From NCBI GenBank assembly GCA_043743165.1, contig JAYTXA010000055.1:11123-75122 (forward strand): a DNA stretch of 64,000 nt, read 5' to 3'. This DNA comes from Acidobacteriota bacterium (lineage in GTDB: Bacteria; Acidobacteriota; Vicinamibacteria; Vicinamibacterales; CAVVIG01). Below are positions 1 to 10,883 of the stretch, in pieces. Every line of letters starts with the position of its first letter. Positions within the stretch are counted from its first letter, which is position 1. A program made the translations under genes and the position numbers. The notes under the pieces are model-generated. The model was not told the origin of the DNA. It worked only from the letters and a program-made list of their open reading frames with translations, and ran no database searches.

Positions 1-550
1 GCGCAGGCGCCGAGAGGGGCGCTGACGCCTGCCGCATCTCGAACAGCCGTTCATCAGCCTTCCGAAGCTCGCGCCGCAGATCCGACGCGTTGGCTTTGGT
101 CCGGCGGTCCACGCGAGGCGCATCAACGGGCGAATGCACCGCAGACACCTGCGCGCTGCGCTCGAACAGCTCGCGCACAACCTGCTCGCGTCTGCCGCAT
201 TCGAAACGCTCGAGCGACGCTGCCAGGGCCGCTCGCGACGCGAACGGTGGCGCGTCGGCGCCGCCGCAGGCGCGGGCAATCGTGAAGCGCAGTGCACCAG
301 GAACGCGGAGTCCGTTGCCGAACGGCAGCAAGGTGTCGAGCAGACAACCGACCGCATCGACCGACGGCACACCGGCACCACAGCTGGCGACACCGTCCGC
401 GTCCAGCATCACGCCGTCAGGTGCGGCAACAGTCTCGCCCGCCTCCTCGTCACGCGCGGCAAGGAGTTGCTGGGCGATGGCGACGGCCTCGTGAGGCGCG
501 ATGCGTGCTCCGGTGTCGAGCAGCTCCTGCAGCGATGCGGTGTGAACCAT
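1..550 (-). CDS. Hypothetical protein, 3'-truncated by the window edge (MVHTASLQELLDTGARIAPHEAVAIAQQL...)
   Basis: Manual translation: ATG at 550, frame open to position 1; absent from the ORF track because no stop falls in the window. Confidence 0.6.
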   Translation of the reverse strand, partial: MVHTASLQELLDTGARIAPHEAVAIAQQLLAARDEEAGETVAAPDGVMLDADGVASCGAGVPSVDAVGCLLDTLLPFGNGLRVPGALRFTIARACGGADAPPFASRAALAASLERFECGRREQVVRELFERSAQVSAVHSPVDAPRVDRRTKANASDLRRELRKADERLFEMRQASAPLSAPA

Positions 551-849
551 GGTGCCGGCACGCATTGCGAGCGCCGGGCCAACCGCATGACACGAAAACG
601 ACCGCCATTTGCAGTCGAGGTAACGGCGGAGGTGTCGTCATGCGGGGACGGATCGGGTCGATCGAAGACACTGGCGTCGGCACGGCCGAGCCGTCCGCTG
701 ACGGACCACTGACACCGTGTCGGTGACGATGGCGGCTATGGGCGCGACGTCTCCGACGGAGAGGACTCCAGCGCCCGAAGGCGAACTCGAGCGCGTCGCA
801 CCGGCTGGTCTGCATCTTGGATTATCGCCGACGAGCGATTGGACACATT

Positions 850-1383
850 ATGGACACGGTTTGCTACGCGGTGGACTCGCACGATCGCGTGATTTCGATT
901 GGTGGAAAATGGGCGACCTTCGCGCGCGTGAATGACGCACCGCATCTGGCCGAGGGCGTGCTCGGTCGCTCGCTGTGGGAGTTCATCGACGGCGGGGTCA
1001 CCCGGCAGGTCTATCGAGATTTGCTGGTTCGCGTCCGTCAGGGCGTTGTGGTCCGCTTTCCGTTCCGATGCGATAGCCCGACAGAAACACGCGACCTGAC
1101 GATGACCATGCAACCCGCAGGTGGCGGTGATGTCGAATTCACGACCCACACGGCTGCGGTCGCCGCACGTGTGAGTCACCCGGGTGGACCGGTTCCCGAC
1201 CTGATCCGGGTGTGCAGCTGGTGCAAGCGCGTATGGGGCGATGGCGCATGGTGCCAGCCCGAGTACGTTATCGAGCGCCTCGAGTTGTTCAGCCATCCTG
1301 AGGCGCGATTGACCCACGGAATCTGCGACCGCTGCGAGGAGATGCTTGGGGTGCCTTCCCCCCGCCCGCAGCACCACTCCTGA
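850..1383 (+). CDS. PAS-like protein with C-terminal Cys/His metal-binding motif
   Basis: MDTVCYAVD...GRSLWEFI (PAS-like); CSWC...THGICDRC motif. Confidence 0.7.
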   Translation: MDTVCYAVDSHDRVISIGGKWATFARVNDAPHLAEGVLGRSLWEFIDGGVTRQVYRDLLVRVRQGVVVRFPFRCDSPTETRDLTMTMQPAGGGDVEFTTHTAAVAARVSHPGGPVPDLIRVCSWCKRVWGDGAWCQPEYVIERLELFSHPEARLTHGICDRCEEMLGVPSPRPQHHS

Positions 1384-1515
1384 CCGGAAACCCGGCATGG
1401 CGAGCGATGCTGTCGCCGAAAGCGGCGCGACGCTCCCCAGACGCGGCATCTGCACCCTGCAACCGCAGTGACAGCGCCCGTTCCGGCGCGGTATTGTCGG
1501 AGGGGCGAATGAGAC

Positions 1516-2817
1516 GTGAAACTTACTGACCTGCGCGGCATCCTCCAGTACGTCCCCCAGTTCCGCGAGAAGACGTTCGTCCTCGCGGTCGACGCCGGCA
1601 TCGTCGGCAACGAAAACTTCCCGACGCTGCTGCTCGACGTCTCGCTGCTGCGGTCGCTCAACATCCGCGTCGTGCTGGTGCACGGTGCGGCCGAGGGGAT
1701 CCGCACCCTGGCCCGCGCGCAGCAGGTTGAAGCGTCGGACCTCGAGGGTACCGGCGTCACCGATGCGCGCACCCTCGAACTGGCCCTCACCGCCGCCAAC
1801 CGCCTGACGCACGAGATCCTCGAAGGGCTGTCGGCCAACGACCTGAGGGCCGCCTGCCCGAACGTCGTCACCTCGCACCCGGTCGGCATCATCCAGGGTG
1901 TGGACCACCTGTTCACCGGCCGCGTCGAGCGGATCGACATCGAGTTCCTGCAGTCGCTGCTCACCCTCGGGGTCGTGCCCATCCTGCCGCCGCTCGGCTT
2001 CGACGGCGACGGCAAGACCTACCGCGTCAACTCGGACGATGTGGCGGTGGCGGTGGCGGCGCAGTTGAAGGCGGTGAAGCTGATCTTCATCACCTCGCAG
2101 AAAGGGCTGATCTATCGCGACCAGCCCATTCGCCAGATGCAGGTCGGCGACCTGCTCCACCGGCTGCAGCACGACAGCGCCGGCTTCACGCCCGAGATGC
2201 TGTCGCGGGCGCAGCACGCCGTGCAGGCGTGCACGGCCGGAGTGCCGCGCGTGCATGTCATCGACGGCGGCCTCGAGGAAGGGCTGCTGGCCGAGGTCTT
2301 CGATAATCACGGGCTCGGCACGCTCATCCACGCGAACCAGTACGAGTCGGTGCGGCCGGCGAGGAAGAAGGACGTCCGCGCCATCCTGATGCTGACGCGG
2401 CAGGCCGTTGCCTCGGCGGAACTGGTGCGGCGGACCGGCGCGTCGATCGAGAAGCTGATCGACGATTACTTCATCTTCGAAATCGACGGTAACCCGGTGG
2501 CATGTGTCGCGTTGCACGTCTTCCCGGACCAGCGGACTGGCGAACTGGCGAGCCTCTTCGTCAGCCCGGCGCACGAGAACCAGGGGATTGGGCGGAAGCT
2601 GACGCAGTTCGTCGAAGACCGGGCACGCGCGTACGGCGTGACGACGTTACTGGCGCTGTCAACGCAGGCGTTCACCTGGTTCCAGTCGAAGGCCGGCTTC
2701 ATCGAAGGCACGCCCGACGACTTGCCGCCAGCGAGACGCGAGCGCTACGAACAGAGTGGGCGGAAGTCGAAGGTGCTGGTCAAGCGTCTGAGCTCCAGCG
2801 GAACAGGGCCGACCTGA
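1516..2817 (+). CDS. argA: Amino-acid N-acetyltransferase (N-acetylglutamate synthase)
   Basis: AA-kinase-like domain (YVPQFREKTFV, VLVHG) plus C-terminal GNAT (GELASLFV, NQGIGRKL, GRKSKVLVK). Confidence 0.92.
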   Translation: MKLTDLRGILQYVPQFREKTFVLAVDAGIVGNENFPTLLLDVSLLRSLNIRVVLVHGAAEGIRTLARAQQVEASDLEGTGVTDARTLELALTAANRLTHEILEGLSANDLRAACPNVVTSHPVGIIQGVDHLFTGRVERIDIEFLQSLLTLGVVPILPPLGFDGDGKTYRVNSDDVAVAVAAQLKAVKLIFITSQKGLIYRDQPIRQMQVGDLLHRLQHDSAGFTPEMLSRAQHAVQACTAGVPRVHVIDGGLEEGLLAEVFDNHGLGTLIHANQYESVRPARKKDVRAILMLTRQAVASAELVRRTGASIEKLIDDYFIFEIDGNPVACVALHVFPDQRTGELASLFVSPAHENQGIGRKLTQFVEDRARAYGVTTLLALSTQAFTWFQSKAGFIEGTPDDLPPARRERYEQSGRKSKVLVKRLSSSGTGPT

Positions 2818-2831
2818 AAGTCGGCAGCTAC
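2808..2831 (-). repeat. GTAG-type REP palindrome overlapping the argA stop codon
   Basis: Reverse complement GTAGCTGCCGACTTTCAGGTCGGC, one mismatch from the copies at 18335 and 33978. Confidence 0.75.
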
Positions 2832-2863
2832 GTACGTGCCCTGCCCGAGCCGCCTGGCCCCCT

Positions 2864-4384
2864 TCACCCTAAGAACAACCGATACGCCGGGTTGTCTGTC
2901 TCAATCGCGTGCGCGTATCCCAGCCGGTCGAGGAACGCCTCGAACGCCTCGAGCTGATCGTCCTGCACCTCGAGTCCGGCGAGGACGCGGCCGAAGTCGG
3001 CGCCGTGGTTCCGGTAGTGGAACAGGCTGATGTTCCAGCGTCCAGCCAGCGCCTCGAGGAAGTCGGCGAGCGCGCCCGGACGTTCCGGGAATTCGAAACG
3101 AACGAGTCGCTCGTTGGCCACATCCGGCGCGTGGCCGCCCACCATGTGGCGCACGTGCAGCTTGGCCATCTCGTTGTGGGTGAGGTCGACCGCGTCGTAG
3201 CCTTGGCTGTGCAACTGCGCCACGAGCGCTTCGGCGTCCTGACGTGAATGCGTGGCGAAGCCAACGAAGATATGCGCCTGCTGCCGGCCGGACAGGCGGT
3301 AGTTGAACTCGGTGACGACGCGGCGGCCGAGTGCGCCGCAGAACTCGCGAAACGCCCCTTTACGCTCGGGAATCGTCACGGCGACCAGCGCCTCACGCGA
3401 CTCACCCACTTCGGCCCGCTCGGCCACGAACCGCAGCCGATCGAAGTTCATGTTGGCGCCGCTCAGGATCGCAACAAGCGTCTGCTCGCGTGCACCGTCG
3501 CGCGCCGCCCAGCGTTTCAGTCCGGCCACGGCCAGCGCACCGGCCGGCTCCATGATGGTGCGTGTGTCGTCGAAGATGTCCTTGATCGCCGCGCACACTT
3601 CGTCGTTGCTGACCCGGATGACCTCGTCGACGGTCTGGCGCGCAATCTCGAACGGCAAGGCCCCCACCTCGCGCACCGCCACGCCGTCGGCGAAGATGCC
3701 GACCTGGTCGAGCCGCACACGCCGCCCTTCGGCCAGCGACTGGTACATCGCATCCGCTTCGAACGGTTCGACGCCGATCACCCGCACATCGGGACGCAGC
3801 ACCTTGATGTAGCCGGCAACGCCCGCGATCAGCCCGCCGCCGCCAACCGGGACGAAGACCGCCGACAGGTCTTCCTGGCTGTGACGAAGGATCTCGGCGC
3901 CAACGGTCCCCTGCCCGGCGATCACCAGCGGATCGTCGAACGGGTGCACGAACGTCATCCCGGTGTCGGCGACGAGACGATTGCAGTGCACCTGCGCGTC
4001 GCTGTAGCTGTCGCCGTGCAGCACCACCTCGGCGCCCAGCGCCCGCACCGCGTCCACCTTGATCCGCGGCGTGGTCTGCGGCATCACGATCACAGCGCGA
4101 AGGCCAAGTGTGCGCGCCGAATAGGCCACGCCCTGGGCGTGGTTGCCGGCACTGGCCGCGATGATGCCGCACGCCCGTTCCTCGGCGGTGAGGCTGGCGA
4201 TCTTGTTGTAGGCGCCGCGCAGCTTGAAGCTGAACACCGGCTGCAGATCTTCACGCTTGAGCAGCACGCGGTGGCCCAGCCGATGCGTCAGGCCGGCGGC
4301 CAGGTCGAGCGGTGTCTCGCGCGCGACGTCGTAGACGCGGCTGGTGAGGATGTCGTGCAGGAGCGTGGTGAGGCTGGTGCTCAT
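2864..4384 (-). CDS. ilvA: Biosynthetic threonine ammonia-lyase
   Basis: KREDLQPVFSFKLRGA PLP lysine motif, ASAGNHAQG, two C-terminal regulatory domains (FHYRNHGAD). Confidence 0.96.
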   Translation of the reverse strand: MSTSLTTLLHDILTSRVYDVARETPLDLAAGLTHRLGHRVLLKREDLQPVFSFKLRGAYNKIASLTAEERACGIIAASAGNHAQGVAYSARTLGLRAVIVMPQTTPRIKVDAVRALGAEVVLHGDSYSDAQVHCNRLVADTGMTFVHPFDDPLVIAGQGTVGAEILRHSQEDLSAVFVPVGGGGLIAGVAGYIKVLRPDVRVIGVEPFEADAMYQSLAEGRRVRLDQVGIFADGVAVREVGALPFEIARQTVDEVIRVSNDEVCAAIKDIFDDTRTIMEPAGALAVAGLKRWAARDGAREQTLVAILSGANMNFDRLRFVAERAEVGESREALVAVTIPERKGAFREFCGALGRRVVTEFNYRLSGRQQAHIFVGFATHSRQDAEALVAQLHSQGYDAVDLTHNEMAKLHVRHMVGGHAPDVANERLVRFEFPERPGALADFLEALAGRWNISLFHYRNHGADFGRVLAGLEVQDDQLEAFEAFLDRLGYAHAIETDNPAYRLFLG

Positions 4385-5406
4385 CACCGCCACCCCAGTT
4401 CCGGCGCCACGTACTTGAGGATGCTCTCGATGACGTGCGCGTTGTAGGCGACGCCCAGGGTGTTCGGCACCGTCAGCAGCAGCGTGTCGGCGGCGGCGAT
4501 CGCCTCGTCGTCGGCGAGCCGTTTCACCAGTTCTGCGGGTTCGGCGGCATACGAACGGCCGAAGATGGCACGCGTGTTCCCGTCGATGTAGCCGATCTGA
4601 TCGTGCTCGCGCCCTTCGCGGCCGAAATAGAGACGGTCGTGATCATTCACCAGCGCGAAGATGCTGCGGCTTACCGAGACGCGCGGTTCACGCGTGTGCC
4701 CCGCCGCCTTCCACGCCTCGCGGTAGACCTCGATCTGCTTGCGTTGCTGCACGTGCAGCGGCTCGCCGCCTTCGTCGAACTTCAGCGTCGAACTTTGCAG
4801 GTTCATGCCCAGCGTCGCCGCCCACTCGGCGGTGGCGTTCGAAGCCGACCCCCACCAGATGCGCTCGCGCAGCCCTGCCGAGTACGGTTCGATACGCAAC
4901 GGACCCGGCGGGTTGGGAAACATCGGCCGGGGGTTGGGCTCGGCGAAGCCGTGCCCTTCGAGCGTGTCGAGGAAGACGTTCGCATGCCGCCGCGCCAGCG
5001 CCGCATCGTCTTCACCGTCAGCGGGCGCGTAGCCGAAGTGACGCCAGCCGTCGATCACCTGCTCTGGTGACCCACGACTGATACCGAGCTGCAGGCGACC
5101 GGTCGCGATGAGGTCGGCCGCACCGGCGTCCTCGGCCATGTACAGCGGGTTCTCGTAGCGCATGTCGATGACCGCCGTGCCGATCTCGATCCGCGTCGTG
5201 CGCGCACCGACCGCGGCCAGCAGCGGGAACGGCGACCCGAGCTGACGCGCGAAGTGGTGGACGCGGAAGTAGGCGCCGTCGGCGCCAAGCTCCTCGGCGG
5301 CCACCGCCAGATCGATCGACTGCAGCAGCGCATCGGACGCGCTCCGCACCGCCGAGCCCGGCGTCTCTCCCCAATGACCAAACGACAGGAACCCGATCCG
5401 TTTCAT
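4384..5406 (-). CDS. LLM-class flavin-dependent oxidoreductase (luciferase-like)
   Basis: MKRIGFLSFGHW, AYFRVHHF, GTAVIDMRYENP; TGATG overlap with the ilvA start. Confidence 0.9.
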   Translation of the reverse strand: MKRIGFLSFGHWGETPGSAVRSASDALLQSIDLAVAAEELGADGAYFRVHHFARQLGSPFPLLAAVGARTTRIEIGTAVIDMRYENPLYMAEDAGAADLIATGRLQLGISRGSPEQVIDGWRHFGYAPADGEDDAALARRHANVFLDTLEGHGFAEPNPRPMFPNPPGPLRIEPYSAGLRERIWWGSASNATAEWAATLGMNLQSSTLKFDEGGEPLHVQQRKQIEVYREAWKAAGHTREPRVSVSRSIFALVNDHDRLYFGREGREHDQIGYIDGNTRAIFGRSYAAEPAELVKRLADDEAIAAADTLLLTVPNTLGVAYNAHVIESILKYVAPELGWR

Positions 5407-5407
5407 C

Positions 5408-6709
5408 TCAGTCTCCCTCGAATGGACGCTCGATGCTCCGCGACGGCGGCGTCAGCAATTCGGCACCGTCGGCGGTGATGAGCATGTCGTCCTCGAGCCG
5501 CACGCCGAATTCGCCCGGAATGTAGATGCCCGGTTCGTTGCTGAACACCATGCCCGGCTGCAACACCGGCGACTCCCAGCCGTACATGTTGTGATCCACC
5601 AGGTACGGCCACTCGTGCATGTCCATGCCGAGGCCATGGCCGAGGCGATGCGTGAAGTAGGTGAAGCCCGGTCCGAAGCCGGCGTCCACAACCACCTTGC
5701 GCGCCGCGGAATCGACCGACGCCAGGCTGCCGCCCGGGCGCGCTGCCGCCAGCGCCGCTCGCTGCGCTGCGGCAACGATATCGAACACGCGCCGCATCTT
5801 GTCCGTGGCTTTGCCCAGCACGAAGGTGCGCGTCAGGTCCGACTGATACCCCTCGGCCACGCACCCGTCGTCCACCATGACGATCGAGTTCTGGCGAAGT
5901 GTCTGCGGTTGATCGGAACCGTGCGGAAGCGCCGTGTAGCTGTCGGTCTGCACGCTGACGCTGCCGCGGAAGCCAAGACGGGAATAGCCGGCAGCAACGA
6001 GTGCGCGCGCGGTCGCCTCGGTCATCCCAGGCTGCAGCGCCTTGAACAGCGCACCGTAACAGGCCAGCGTCGCGCGCGACGCCACACGCAGCAGTTCCAC
6101 TTCGTGCGCATCCTTGATCATGCGGCAGCCGGCGGTGACCGGTGTGGCGCTGGCGAGGGTGAGCGACGGGCTCGCCGCCGCAATGCCATTCGCGAAGACA
6201 TAGCGCACCGTCTCCTCGATGCCGAGGCGTCCGCTCGCAATGCCGCGATCGCGGAGCGTGGTGGCCACAAGCTGGTACGGGCTCTCGGTCTCCTGCCACG
6301 CACGGATGTCCACCCGCTGCAGCGGCGACTGGTGAAGCTGCTCGTTCAGCCGGTCCACTTCGAAGGCCGGGCAGACCACGAACGGCTCCCCTTTCGCGGG
6401 CAGCACGAGGGCCATGAGACGTTCGCTGGTCCCGAAGCGGAGGCCGGTGAAGTAGGTGAGCGAGGTGCCGCCGGTCAACAGGATGGCATCGAGCTTCGAC
6501 GCTCCCATCAGCCGTCGCGCCTTGTCGAGGCGCCCGAGGCGCTCGGCGTTGGTGATGGGGCGGGCCTGGGCGCTCATCGACGGCAGGGCGGCAATGGACG
6601 GCGGCAGTGGCTCGGCTGGCGCACTCTGCGCATCTGCAGTCCCCGAATCCGCGAGGCCGGCGAGGGCGAGCAGCCCGCCGGATTGCAGCAGTTGTCGTCG
6701 GGTGACCAT
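5408..6709 (-). CDS. M24 family Xaa-Pro peptidase with Tat signal
   Basis: TRRQLL Tat motif; metal ligands in DDG..SDLTRT, HRLGHGLG, NEPG, RLEDD. Confidence 0.9.
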   Translation of the reverse strand: MVTRRQLLQSGGLLALAGLADSGTADAQSAPAEPLPPSIAALPSMSAQARPITNAERLGRLDKARRLMGASKLDAILLTGGTSLTYFTGLRFGTSERLMALVLPAKGEPFVVCPAFEVDRLNEQLHQSPLQRVDIRAWQETESPYQLVATTLRDRGIASGRLGIEETVRYVFANGIAAASPSLTLASATPVTAGCRMIKDAHEVELLRVASRATLACYGALFKALQPGMTEATARALVAAGYSRLGFRGSVSVQTDSYTALPHGSDQPQTLRQNSIVMVDDGCVAEGYQSDLTRTFVLGKATDKMRRVFDIVAAAQRAALAAARPGGSLASVDSAARKVVVDAGFGPGFTYFTHRLGHGLGMDMHEWPYLVDHNMYGWESPVLQPGMVFSNEPGIYIPGEFGVRLEDDMLITADGAELLTPPSRSIERPFEGD

Positions 6710-6772
6710 GCGTCGAGTATACGGGCGCGAAGCAGCACGCCGTGCGGCGGCCATTCGCGCCTACAATCGCGC
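6710..6772. promoter_or_regulatory. Divergent, probably leaderless promoters
   Basis: TATACT (minus, 6716-6721) 6 nt before ATG 6709; TACAAT (plus, 6762-6767) 5 nt before ATG 6773; no Shine-Dalgarno. Confidence 0.6.
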
Positions 6773-8119
6773 ATGGCATGGGTCCGGCGCGGCCTGACGC
6801 TCCTGGCGCTGACGATGGGCCTTGTGGGGCTCGTCCACAGTCAGGCGCCGCCGTCGCGCCGTGCAGTGCTGATTGCCGAATTCGATGGCATCATCCACCC
6901 GATCGCTGCCGAGTACCTGACCGCGGTCATCGACGAGGCCGACACCTCCGACGCGGCGCTCGTCGTCATCGTGCTGCGTACGCCAGGCGGACTGCTCGAC
7001 TCGACCCGCACCATCGTCTCGCGCATGATCACGTCGCGCGCACCGGTGGTGGTCTTTGTCGGACCGTCCGGTGCCCGTGCCGCGTCGGCCGGCTTCGTGC
7101 TGACCATCGCCGCCGACGTCGCCGCCATGGCGCCGGCCACGCACATCGGTGCCGCCCACCCGGTGTCGGGCAACGGCCAGTCGACCGACGACACGATGGC
7201 GAAGAAGATCGCGTCGGACACCGCCGCCTACGTCCGCTCGCTGGCCGAGGCGCGCCACCGCAACATCGCGCTCGCCGAACAGGCCGTCCTCGAAAGCCGC
7301 TCCTTCACCGACTCCGAAGCGGCGCAGGCCACGCCGCCGCTCGTCGACCTCATCGCACCCGACGTGAACGACCTGATTCGTCAACTCGACGGTCGCACCA
7401 TCACACGGTTCGATGGCCGCTCGGCCACCCTTCACACCCGCGATACGGAACGACGGTCCATTCCCATGTCGCGCCGGCAGCGGTTCCTCGGCACCATCGC
7501 CAACCCGCAGATCGCCTACCTGCTGCTCACCCTCGGGACGCTCGGCCTGACCATCGAAATGTGGAGCCCTGGCGCCGTCCTGCCGGGCGTAGCAGGCGGC
7601 GTGAGCCTGCTGCTCGCGTTCTTCGCGTTTCAGATCGTGCCGGTGAACACCACCGGGCTCCTGCTGATTCTGCTCGGCCTCGGGCTCGTCGTCCTCGAAC
7701 TCAAGGTGCCCAGCTTCGGCACCCTCGGCATCGGCGGCACCGTGAGCCTGCTCATCGGCTCGCTCATGGTGACCCGTGAGGTGCCAGGAGTGCAGGTGGG
7801 CCTCTGGCTGATCGTGCCGGTGGTGCTCGTGCTCTCGGCCGGCATGCTGCTGCTTGGTCGCCTGGCGCTGGCGGCGAAGCGGCAGGCGCCGGTTACCGGC
7901 ATCGGCACGATGGTCGGCCAGCAGGTCGTCGTCCGCGCCGCCACTGCGCCGACAACGCCCGGCATGGTGGACGTGCACGGCGAGCTGTGGCGCGCCCTGA
8001 GCGCGGAGCGTGTCGAGCCCGGCCGGTTGGTTCGCATTACCGAGGTGAACGGGCTTACGCTCACCGTCGTGCCAGTCACACCGTCGGTTCCCGAAGGAGA
8101 CCCCGCATGGAAGGCCTGA
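6773..8119 (+). CDS. nfeD: Long-form NfeD membrane-bound serine protease
   Basis: [21 protein letters not shown] ClpP-like domain; TM block; [12 protein letters not shown] fold; adjacent stomatin gene. Confidence 0.9.
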   Translation: MAWVRRGLTLLALTMGLVGLVHSQAPPSRRAVLIAEFDGIIHPIAAEYLTAVIDEADTSDAALVVIVLRTPGGLLDSTRTIVSRMITSRAPVVVFVGPSGARAASAGFVLTIAADVAAMAPATHIGAAHPVSGNGQSTDDTMAKKIASDTAAYVRSLAEARHRNIALAEQAVLESRSFTDSEAAQATPPLVDLIAPDVNDLIRQLDGRTITRFDGRSATLHTRDTERRSIPMSRRQRFLGTIANPQIAYLLLTLGTLGLTIEMWSPGAVLPGVAGGVSLLLAFFAFQIVPVNTTGLLLILLGLGLVVLELKVPSFGTLGIGGTVSLLIGSLMVTREVPGVQVGLWLIVPVVLVLSAGMLLLGRLALAAKRQAPVTGIGTMVGQQVVVRAATAPTTPGMVDVHGELWRALSAERVEPGRLVRITEVNGLTLTVVPVTPSVPEGDPAWKA

Positions 8120-8883
8120 CTATCTCGCCCGCGCTGATCATCGCCGCGCTCGTCGTCTTCTACATCGTCAGCTCCATCCAGATCCTTGCGGAGTATGAAC
8201 GGGGCGTCATTTTCCGCCTCGGCAAGCTGCTGCCGCAGCCGAAGGGACCTGGTGTGGTGCTCGTCTTCAGGCCGATCGACCGCATCGTCCGGATCAGCCT
8301 CCGCACCGTGGTGCACGACGTGCCGCCGCAGGACATCATCACGCGCGACAACGTCTCGGTGAAGGTGAACGCCGTCGTGTTCTTCCGAGTCACCGAGCCG
8401 AGGAAGGCGGTCGTCGAAGTCGAGAACTTCGTCTACGCCACGTCACAGCTTGCCCAGACGACGCTCAGGAGTGTCCTGGGGCAGGCCACGCTCGACGATC
8501 TGCTGGCCGAGCGTGATCGCCTGAACCAGGAACTGCAGCGGATCCTCGACCACCAGACCGACCCGTGGGGCATCAAGGTGTCGTCAGTGGAAGTGAAGCA
8601 CGTCGATCTGCCCGAGAACATGCAGCGGGCGATGGGGCGTCAGGCAGAAGCCGAGCGCGAGAAGCGCGCGAAGATCATTCACGCTGAAGGCGAGCTGATC
8701 GCGTCGGACAAGCTAGCGCAGGCAGCGGCGGTCATCGACCGCGAGCCGTCGGCCATCATCCTGCGCTACCTGCAGACGCTGACCGAGATCGGCGCCGAGA
8801 AGAACACGACGGTGGTGTTCCCGCTGCCGATGGAACTGCTGCGGATGATTCCTGGCCCGAGGGCGGCGGCGCCGAAGGAGTAG
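8107..8883 (+). CDS. SPFH/stomatin (slipin) family protein
   Basis: [45 protein letters not shown]. Confidence 0.95.
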   Translation: MEGLTISPALIIAALVVFYIVSSIQILAEYERGVIFRLGKLLPQPKGPGVVLVFRPIDRIVRISLRTVVHDVPPQDIITRDNVSVKVNAVVFFRVTEPRKAVVEVENFVYATSQLAQTTLRSVLGQATLDDLLAERDRLNQELQRILDHQTDPWGIKVSSVEVKHVDLPENMQRAMGRQAEAEREKRAKIIHAEGELIASDKLAQAAAVIDREPSAIILRYLQTLTEIGAEKNTTVVFPLPMELLRMIPGPRAAAPKE

Positions 8884-8895
8884 CGATGTGCGCAG

Positions 8896-9669
8896 CTACG
8901 ACGTCATCCAGGTCATCGCTTCGGCGGCAACGGCCGGCGGCAGTTCGTGAATGCCGTCGAACTCGCGATAGGTGACGTCGTAGCGCATCGACTGCAGACG
9001 CGGGACGATGACGCGGCTGCAGCGGTCGATCGGTAGCACCTGATCCGAGCGGCCGTGCGAGATGAAGACGCGCGGCCGCCCCTGCGCCGGCGCCTGCACG
9101 ATGAACCCTGGTGAGCAGCCAATCACCTGCGGGAAGAGCTCGCCGTTGGCGAGGCCGATCGAGAGCGCGTAGGTGGCGCCGTCCGAGAAGCCGCCGATGG
9201 TGATGCGCGCTGGGTCCACCGCCACGCGCGCGAACACATGCGTCAGCACCCGGTTCAGGAACTCGACGTCGTCGCCGAAGTCGTCGCGGATGGCGTCCCA
9301 GGTGCGGCCCCGCGAGTCGGGCGCCACCACCACCACGCCGGCGGCGTCCGCGGCCGGACCGATGCGGCGCAGCGAACCGGCCCCGCTCTGGCCGGCTCCA
9401 TGGAGCCACAGCAGCAACGGCGCGGCAACCGCTCGCCGCGTCGCCGGCATCTGCACCACGCCGTCGCGATCGCCCGTGCCGAGACCAAGCGGTCCGCTGG
9501 TGAGCGTGCCGGTGACCCCAGCACCTGGCCGCGCCGAGAGCCGGGCGCGGCTCTCCGTGGCCGACTGTGCGGAGGTGACGCGGCGGCAGCCGAGCGCGGC
9601 GAGGAGCGCACCACTTGCGGTGGTGATGAAGCCGCGGCGTGTCGGACGGGAGTCGTCGGATGGTTTCAT
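8896..9669 (-). CDS. Phospholipase/carboxylesterase-type alpha/beta hydrolase with Tat signal
   Basis: TRRGFI; LHGAG; GFSDG nucleophile; HGRSD; FDGIH. Confidence 0.85.
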   Translation of the reverse strand: MKPSDDSRPTRRGFITTASGALLAALGCRRVTSAQSATESRARLSARPGAGVTGTLTSGPLGLGTGDRDGVVQMPATRRAVAAPLLLWLHGAGQSGAGSLRRIGPAADAAGVVVVAPDSRGRTWDAIRDDFGDDVEFLNRVLTHVFARVAVDPARITIGGFSDGATYALSIGLANGELFPQVIGCSPGFIVQAPAQGRPRVFISHGRSDQVLPIDRCSRVIVPRLQSMRYDVTYREFDGIHELPPAVAAEAMTWMTS

Positions 9670-9704
9670 GCGGTCGAATCACTCATGGCGGTCACGCACA
9701 AGCA

Positions 9705-9878
9705 CTACCGTTCGCGCTGAGGCTGGGGCGCCGGTTCAGTCTTCTCCCGCACGCGACGCCACGCCTCGATGTCGGCACGCACCCGCTCGGCCTGGCGCAC
9801 CTTCTCCGTCCACGACTGCTGCCGACGCTCCGCCTGCCAATTCGCCGCTCGTTCCAGATCGCGAATCGCGTCACTCAT
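9705..9878 (-). CDS. Small helical hypothetical protein, probable partner of a nucleotidyltransferase-like gene
   Basis: MSDAIRDLERAANWQAERRQQSWTEKVRQAE; ATG overlaps the stop of an upstream gene remnant (GATGAGTGA). Confidence 0.5.
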   Translation of the reverse strand: MSDAIRDLERAANWQAERRQQSWTEKVRQAERVRADIEAWRRVREKTEPAPQPQRER

Positions 9879-9995
9879 CCGGAAACCTCTGCTCGAAACG
9901 GGTCCACCTGTCCGTGAGGTTATACCTCGAGGCCAGAGCGGCGACTTGCCCACGTGCGACGCTGCCGGCCTGAAGGAGGGACAGCACGCGCAGCA
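9872..9995 (-). pseudogene. 3' remnant of a gene, recalled as nucleotidyltransferase-like
   Basis: Frame reads LRVLSLLQAGSVARGQVAALASRYNLTDRWTRFEQRFPDE*; in-frame TAG shortly upstream; family from memory only. Confidence 0.4.
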
Positions 9996-10070
9996 GGTTT
10001 CGTTCGACGCGCACAGCGAAGAGCCGGCGTATGACCGGACCTGACACCCCCGGGTTCTACCATCCGGTTC

Positions 10071-10883
10071 ATGACAGATCGATCGCTATCAGCGGCCAAC
10101 CCGCACGGGTTTCGCACCCTGCTGGACACGGCGGAGGAGGTCTACTTCCGCTACACCCTCGAGCCGACGCGCGGTTTTTCCTACGTCAGTCCGTCGGTGG
10201 CTCTTCTGACCGGGCATGCAGCGGAGGCGTTCTACGCCGACCCGGCGATCTGCGTGTCGCTCGTGGCCAGGGAAGACCGCCGGTTGGTTGGCCAGGTACT
10301 GCGCGCCCGGCGCACCCTGACGTTGACCATTCGTCTCGAGCGAGGCGAGTACCAGGTGGCGCTCGAGGTCAGGACCGTGCCGGTGGTACGAGAGCGTCGT
10401 GTGGTAGCCGTCGAGGGCGTCGCGCGTGTGGCGGCCCAGGCACCACCCGCCACGCAGGCAGGGGCGACCGCCTCCGAGCCGACGCAGGCTCGCCTGGCAG
10501 CGCTGATGTACGAAGTGCATGAACTGCTGCACCGCGTGCTGCCACCGGCCCAGCGCAAGGGGGAACCCGAGCGGAACGCCGTCACCATCGGCCGTCTCAG
10601 CTTCGACCTCCATCGGCTCGTGGTCACCGAGGACGGCCGTGCGGTGGCGTTGACCAGTCGCGAACTGATGGTACTCCGGTATCTCCTGCTGCACCTTGGC
10701 CGTGTCGTCACCCGCGAACAGCTGCTTCTGGACGTCTGGGGACACGTCTACACCGGCGACGATCGGACCGTCGATGTGCATATCTCGCGTCTGCGGCGGA
10801 AGCTGCCGTCACTGGCCGGTCGTCTGGTGGCGATCAAACATCTCGGGTATCGCATCGAGGCCGACGAAGACTGCGCCGCATGA
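10071..10883 (+). CDS. One-component regulator: PAS plus OmpR/PhoB winged helix, no receiver domain
   Basis: FSYVSPSVALLTGH (PAS); LTSRELMVLRYL...REQLLLDVWG...RTVDVHISRLRRKL...LGYRI. Confidence 0.88.
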   Translation: MTDRSLSAANPHGFRTLLDTAEEVYFRYTLEPTRGFSYVSPSVALLTGHAAEAFYADPAICVSLVAREDRRLVGQVLRARRTLTLTIRLERGEYQVALEVRTVPVVRERRVVAVEGVARVAAQAPPATQAGATASEPTQARLAALMYEVHELLHRVLPPAQRKGEPERNAVTIGRLSFDLHRLVVTEDGRAVALTSRELMVLRYLLLHLGRVVTREQLLLDVWGHVYTGDDRTVDVHISRLRRKLPSLAGRLVAIKHLGYRIEADEDCAA

